A DNA stretch of 64,000 nucleotides from Acutalibacteraceae bacterium. GTDB lineage: Bacteria; Bacillota; Clostridia; Oscillospirales; Acutalibacteraceae. The stretch lies in NCBI GenBank assembly GCA_045655905.1, contig JAZOQF010000193.1, positions 1,102 through 65,101 on the forward strand. The letters run 5' to 3'. A program made the position numbers and the translations under genes. Below the pieces are notes generated by a model that was not told where the DNA came from, did no database searches, and worked only from the letters and a program-made list of their open reading frames with translations. Positions 58,593 through 64,000 of the stretch are shown here, piece after piece. Within the stretch, counting starts at the first letter, position 1. Every line of letters begins with the position of its first letter.

Positions 58593-59635
58593 TACCAAGA
58601 GCCTCCTAAAATTTCTTCTTCAATCGTAATTTTAAGTGCGGCAAGAGCGTCATCAACATATTGTTTAGTAGTAGCATGTTCGCTTTTAGTGGGGGTGCCA
58701 ACAACTAAGATCCCCTTGTCTCCTCTCTCTGCTATACTCCAAGATGATGCCTATGCGAACGCTATGGGCTGCATCTTTTGTTTGCCACCCTCGATGATAT
58801 AGGCTTTTGTGCCCGACTCGGTGGATTTATTAAGTTTGCCGTCAAGAGGAATCTTGATTATTGCGAGAGGCTATTCTTGTTCTGATGTATAGAGCGCCAA
58901 AACATTTGCCTCGCTATCAAACTCCAAACGCAAGCCGTAAATCATTCCAGTAGCATAACCAAGCGCCTCACCAATACTGTTCCAAACACCACCAGACTGC
59001 ACAAGATTTGAGCTGCCCTCTGTGGGCAGAACATCAGCATTAGCAACAAGATTTTCTACATACTGACTTGCAAATTCCTCTGCAACTTGAGGAACCCAAC
59101 TATAAACTCCACCAGAGCTGATTAGTCGCAAACTGCCTTCAGTCGGAATTTCGTCAACGGGAATGTTCTTAATTTGTTCAAGAACATATTTTTCCAATGT
59201 AGCGGTCTGCTCACTGATCTGGGTCTCTAAAGCCGCAATTTCGTCATCAGTGTAAACTTTTAGTTCAGCAACTTTTTCATCAACATACCCCTTTGTTGCA
59301 TTAGGATCAGCAGGACGACGAGGATGACCAATAGTGCCCTCTCTTATAATAGACGTGAAAACTGGGATCTCTGTCGCAGTAGTAGAAATTTCATCTCCCG
59401 CAATAACACCAACAAGTAATTGCGTGCCATTTTTCACATAAGGAATCGCGGCTTTTCCGTCTTTAATTTCCTCGTCCCAATAATATTTATTCCAAACAAA
59501 ACGAGCATACAAGGGTAAAGAAGACCAGTCTTCGTCAAAAACAAAAGAAAGAACATAATCCTCATTTTCAGCGACAATTCCCTGTCCCTCGTAAGATGCT
59601 ATCCTGTTATTAATTTTTACTTGTAATTCTGGCAT
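58592..59635 (-). CDS. tail fibre-like protein (347 aa)
   Basis: Track ORF 58871-59635 extends through TAG 58871 and 58751 to TAA 58592. Contains a coiled coil and a repeated PTEGS..L(V/I)SSGGV motif. Confidence 0.5.
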
Positions 59636-59661
59636 TGTTATAATACCTCATATTTATTTTT

Positions 59662-59684
59662 GGAGAGGAGTTTGACTCCTCTCC
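59662..59684. other. 10-bp GC hairpin between fibre genes
   Basis: GGAGAGGAGT-TTG-ACTCCTCTCC. T-runs flank it on the plus strand only, so it is not a canonical terminator for the minus-strand genes. Confidence 0.5.
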
Positions 59685-59693
59685 TTTTATTAA

Positions 59694-59942
59694 TTATAAA
59701 TAGTAGCGAATTCTTTCTGGTATATTTTTTATGGCCTCAGGATTAAGCGACTTGATTTCAGAAAACCACTCCATAATTTCGGGGTCGTCTACTTCTCTGC
59801 CGCGCGTGACTGCCTTTTCCCAAATATCAAATGCGGCAAGAAGAGGTTTTCTCAATTGTCGAAGAGCGTCTTGTTCCGCAGATGTTCCTTTTAATAATTC
59901 GATACTATTGCTATCAATTGGCTTTCTTTTTATAATTCTCAT
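59694..59942 (-). CDS. small protein, possible fibre assembly chaperone (82 aa)
   Basis: Track ORF with an ATGA overlap to the upstream fibre gene. The function call is from position only. Confidence 0.5.
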   Translation of the reverse strand: MRIIKRKPIDSNSIELLKGTSAEQDALRQLRKPLLAAFDIWEKAVTRGREVDDPEIMEWFSEIKSLNPEAIKNIPERIRYYL

Positions 59943-62900
59943 AGACTCTCTCCATTAGTAAAATATGTCTAAGTGATTGTTATCTATGGACCACCTGTTG
60001 TTGTACCATCTTTTGATATTGTACTTTCTGTTCCGTTTGGCCATACTGTATAAGAATTTGTCATTGTTATTTTTTCTCTGTCGCCGTTACTGCGATAAAT
60101 AGTTTGGTTTAAAAGATCAACATATTCCTGACTACCTAACTTAATTGAGGTCTCTGGCGCCATTACCGACTCCTCAGAGCCATTAAACGATCTAATACCA
60201 TAGAAAGTAATTTCACTATTGCCATTGTTCTCAATACGACTTACTAATGTCTTACTGCCACTAACAACATTGTCGGGTGTTACCCACTCAGAAACATCGC
60301 TACTCTCAAAAGTAGTTTCTAAAATTTGTGCCTGCCATGGAAGCGTTTTTAAAAAGTCCACTTTACTCGTTAAAGTTTCAAGGTCTGAAACAATAACAGG
60401 AATTTTGTCTTCTATAAGCTGTATTCTTAATTCTTGCTCTTCAATTAAAATCTATAAATCTTCTAAAGATGCAAAAGAATAATAAGTTTGTCGGACGGTC
60501 AATGTGGGCGCGCCGACTTCGTAAGAGGGGATTATTTCCTCTTTTCCATTTTCATCTTCTATTAACAAATAAGAATTGCTGTTAGTGCTGTATATGGTTT
60601 CAGTAGGTGAGCCTGCAGTTTTTCCATAAAGAACTAATGCAAGAGCGTTCCAATTTGCTTTCCAATCGTCGAGCGTGGTGTACTTTGAATTTCTAACATA
60701 AAAGTTGTAGTCGCTATATCCTCTTACCATGTAGAAAGTTTTATCTTCACTTAATGTCTCGTCATATTTATATTCAGAAAGCATAAAGTTTGCTGAATAA
60801 GGACTCCCCACCTAAAAGAGTTTATCAATATAAAGCGAAAAGGAGACTACGCCACTTTCTATTTGTGTTGTTGTTTTCAGTTTGTCAGCACTAATTTTAC
60901 TTGGAAGACTAGTGCCTTTGAAATAATCATATAAAGTAACAACGTTTGGAGAAGAGAAAATTAAATACGACCACCTGGGAATTTCTATACCTTCGTCATG
61001 ACCTAAAATTTCTACTTTATTTTCCCTAGCGCTGTTTCCATTAGAATCTGTGCATCTCACACTTTTAAAACGCGCATGCTGGGGGCCTTCGCTCTCGTCA
61101 AAGACTGTATCACCATCAATTCTTAATACGCGGGTAGTAGGAAGAACGCTTTCGGGAAGTTCACCGTACCCCGTTGGAATATTTATACCTGTTGTGGAAG
61201 AAGTGAAAGTTCTTGTGGCTTCATATTCAGATAAGCCACCGGTATAGTGCAAATCAAGAATTAATTTATTAATATCATCAATTCTATTTTCTAACTCTTG
61301 TACTTCCTCGCTTGAGGCTCCTGAGCCGCCACCGCCTCCTTGGCCAATATTCTTAACTTCGCTAATTACCTTGCCATTGGCAGTAAGTTTTAATGTTTTT
61401 GTTGCACTGTCATATGACATTGCGTCTGCTTTTTCTTTATCTAAAACATCAATGTCACTTCCTATTTCGTCAAGGGCAGAAGATAAACCAGCTATTGCAT
61501 CGATTGAATGCTAATTGGGATCATATCTTCCTCTAAGTTCACTATGTTCTGTAATACTTACAACATTATCAACATATTTTTTTACTCCGCCAGAGGTTAT
61601 AAGATATTCGCTATCGTCTCTGGGTTCGTCATCTATTTTTGCTAAAAAATAGGATTGATATATAGCGATGCTACTATTAGCACCACGCCAACCAAAAGCT
61701 GTTTCTTTTCCGCCATGAAATACTGTATATGTAAACTTATTGTCGTCAGTATAGGAAGCACTACCGGTATTACCACCAAAATCATATGCTATTCTATCTG
61801 TCTCAAAAGTGATTACTCCAGGACCAGTTAATTTAGCTATACCTTGTGGGATAAGAAGTTTGCTTTTAACATTTCCGTCAGCATCTGTGCTTTCAATATA
61901 AGACAAACTTGCTCCTGCAGCAACTCTTATTTCATAAACAGTTGTTAATGTACCGTCGACTACATAAGCACCATTTGCTGTCTCTCTTGTGGTAAAAAAT
62001 GAGTCGCGGCGGCTTGACATCTCTTCCTCGGTTTCTCCACGAGAAAAAATTTCAGGGACACCTTCCAAGTTATTTGTAACTACTTCTTGAATTTGTGCTG
62101 TCGCGGCTTTTAAGTATTCCTGCACTGCACCAACAGTAGGGACAGTAGTTTTAGACTCTTCTTGTCCGTCCATGGACATACTTTCGGCAATTTCAAATTT
62201 GTAATATCTGATGACTTTTGCAGCAATGTTGTCAGTGTCCATGCCACTTGCCGGAGATACCTAAATTCTGTAGCCATCATCAGTTTTGATTACTTCGTAT
62301 TCTAAATAAATTTCTTCATAAGAAGTGTCGTCCCCTTTTACAAAAAATACACTTATTTCTTCATTTGGATCTGCTGTTATACTCTTTGCCCAGGGGCTAT
62401 TTTGATGCTTCGTAAAGTCAGACAACGGAAAAGAATTCAACGTAGCATAACAATAAGAAGAAGGTATATTAAAAATTGTCTGTCTCGGAGCCAATCTTGA
62501 AGGAGTTTTTGTAAAAGTAATTGTACTATTCCATAAGTCTTGCTCAGTTGGCAAATAATAACCACCGGCACTATCTCTAAACAATGTAAAAGTAGGAATT
62601 CCGGCATCAGCATTTTTTACAAAAATTTCATCTTCATGCGGCGCAAGTTGCTAAGGCTCATCATAATAAGCAATTTCTCCAGATTTTTCAATAACTTTGC
62701 CATAGCTATAAAATCCAGTGTTATTGGGGATATTTTCATAAATGCTTGTGCCAAGATTGTCACGATCAAAAATAATATACAAGGGAAGGACGGCAGTTTT
62801 ATCAATTGTTTCCCCTATTCCATAAGTATCTATTACATAAGCAAATATGGAACCGCTAGCACCAGATAAAACTATTTTGACTTGATGCAGATTCTCTCTG

Positions 62901-63298
62901 TCGGGGTCTCCTTCATAAAACCAGCTTTCAAAATTTTGACAAGCTCCGGCTTCTTCTTCTCTTGCCTTATTGTAAAAATAATTTTTAGGCTTAAAAGCGT
63001 ATGCTTTTTCCACTATAGGAACAAGCTCACCGCCGTTATCCACTTTTACAACTTCAATTAAGTCGCCTGTATAAAAACCACTATATTTTCCGTAAGGATG
63101 AACGAACGCATATTCGCCATATTCTTTACTAAACTGAATATAGCCATGCTGTAATAAATCTCTGCTAATTCTTTCCGAGTCTTTTCTGACCTGCGCAACT
63201 TCGCGGTCAATAATCCGCATATTCGCGTTAATTGTGCTGCCCCAGTTTGTGGAGCCTTGCGAGGGCAAACCAAGTTTCAAATTCTTTGTCTGAGCCAT
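59939..63298 (-). CDS. large tail fibre protein (1119 aa) with 7 in-frame TAG
   Basis: Six same-frame track ORFs are joined through TAG at 62651, 62261, 61511, 60812, 60452, 59984 and 59969. The true stop is TGA 59939. Fibre-type N-terminus MAQTKNLKLGLPSQGSTNWGSTINANMRIID, plus Gly-rich and coiled-coil segments. Confidence 0.65.
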
Positions 63299-63708
63299 TA
63301 CTCATCCACCTCGTCGCTGTCTTCGCTCTCTGCCTCCTTTTCTTCAAGGCTTCCATCTAATTCAAGAGCAAAAACATATTCATTAATCAACTCTTCAAGA
63401 GAGCTAACTCCTTCGCTTTCAAGCAATGTTTCCCAAGTCGCGGGAAAAGTGTCTTTAATGGCTTTTTCCACCCAAGCAAGTTTTTCTGCACCACGCCCAG
63501 AGCCAGTAAAATGTTTCTCGGCAACTTTAATGCAAAAAACGATGAAATTCTCGACCATCTCAGCTCTCTCCTTATCGGAGGCACGATAAAACTTGATAGC
63601 GAAAAACGCCGCGATTCCGGCTACCGCAACAGCGGCAGCGACAGCAATCCAAAGTCCGAGGTTAGACGACTCTTGAACTACTGCAGAAAGGGTCAATAAT
63701 TCTTTCAT
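63298..63708 (-). CDS. holin-like membrane protein (136 aa)
   Basis: Track ORF with a single N-terminal TM helix, then AEKHFTGSGRGAEKLAWV, which resembles the LL-H holin family as I recall it, and an acidic tail. Confidence 0.45.
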   Translation of the reverse strand: MKELLTLSAVVQESSNLGLWIAVAAAVAVAGIAAFFAIKFYRASDKERAEMVENFIVFCIKVAEKHFTGSGRGAEKLAWVEKAIKDTFPATWETLLESEGVSSLEELINEYVFALELDGSLEEKEAESEDSDEVDE

Positions 63709-63722
63709 TTTTTCACCTCACA

Positions 63723-64000
63723 TTACAAATGTAATGTTCTTTCTTTTATTTCTTCTGTACGCCCCTGATTCCAATACTGGCTACCGATATAACCGCAAGT
63801 TCGACGAGCAACATTCATTGTGTTTTGGTCTTGGTTATGGCAATTAGGACATTCCCAAATAAGCTTACCATCTTCATCCTCAACAATTACAATTTCACCG
63901 TCATACCCACACTTCTGACAATAGTCACTTTTGGTATTCAGTTCGGCATACATAATATTCTCATAAATATACTAAATTACCGCAATTACTGCGTCCAAGT
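63723..64000 (-). CDS. nrdD: anaerobic ribonucleoside-triphosphate reductase, C-terminal part (runs off right edge)
   Basis: Zinc site CQKCG...CPNC and glycyl-radical motif RRTCGYIG. The frame stays open upstream of the track start through TAG 63972 to the window edge. Confidence 0.7.

Noticed and set aside
59662-59684. A canonical terminator for the minus-strand fibre genes.
   Set aside because: The 10-bp hairpin is followed by an A-run, not a U-run, on the transcribed (minus) strand. It is recorded only as a hairpin of unknown role.
9687-64000. TAG decoded as pyrrolysine, or simple leaky read-through.
   Set aside because: About 75 sites in essential genes is far too many for low-efficiency read-through. 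No pyl genes were seen, and the best-conserved aligned position (DEFQD) calls for Gln.

Overview
This window is an AT-rich segment of a tailed-phage genome. I found no rRNA, tRNA, CRISPR array or transposase. It has three parts. (i) 1-9.5 kb is a host-takeover-like early region of about 24 autonomous mini-cassettes. Each has an A/T-tract upstream element, a consensus TTGACA-17 bp-TGnTATAAT promoter, a small ORF or RNA, and a GC hairpin terminator. The cassettes form two divergent arms around a palindromic control region centred near 6994. Between them lie GCGCCCGGGC palindromes, a TTGCACAA/TTGTGCAA operator-like inverted repeat, two simple-sequence mosaics and long poly(A) tracts. (ii) 10.2-32.9 kb is a plus-strand packaging/head/tail operon: TerL, portal, scaffold, capsid candidate, tape measure, Dit and Tal. 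(iii) 32.9-64 kb is a minus-strand replication/recombination block: RuvC, DnaQ-like exonucleases, Pol III alpha, RecJ, primase, DnaB, Sak4-like ATPase, type IIA topoisomerase, ligase, UvrD-like helicase and RNase H. A second structural block follows it, with tail fibres, a holin-like protein and the NrdD C-terminus. The key to reading the window is that TAG is a sense codon, almost certainly Gln, at about 75 in-frame positions. Most apparently split track ORFs are therefore single genes that end in TAA or TGA. The early cassettes and the most abundant virion proteins avoid TAG. All functional calls come from motifs read by eye; no database search was possible.
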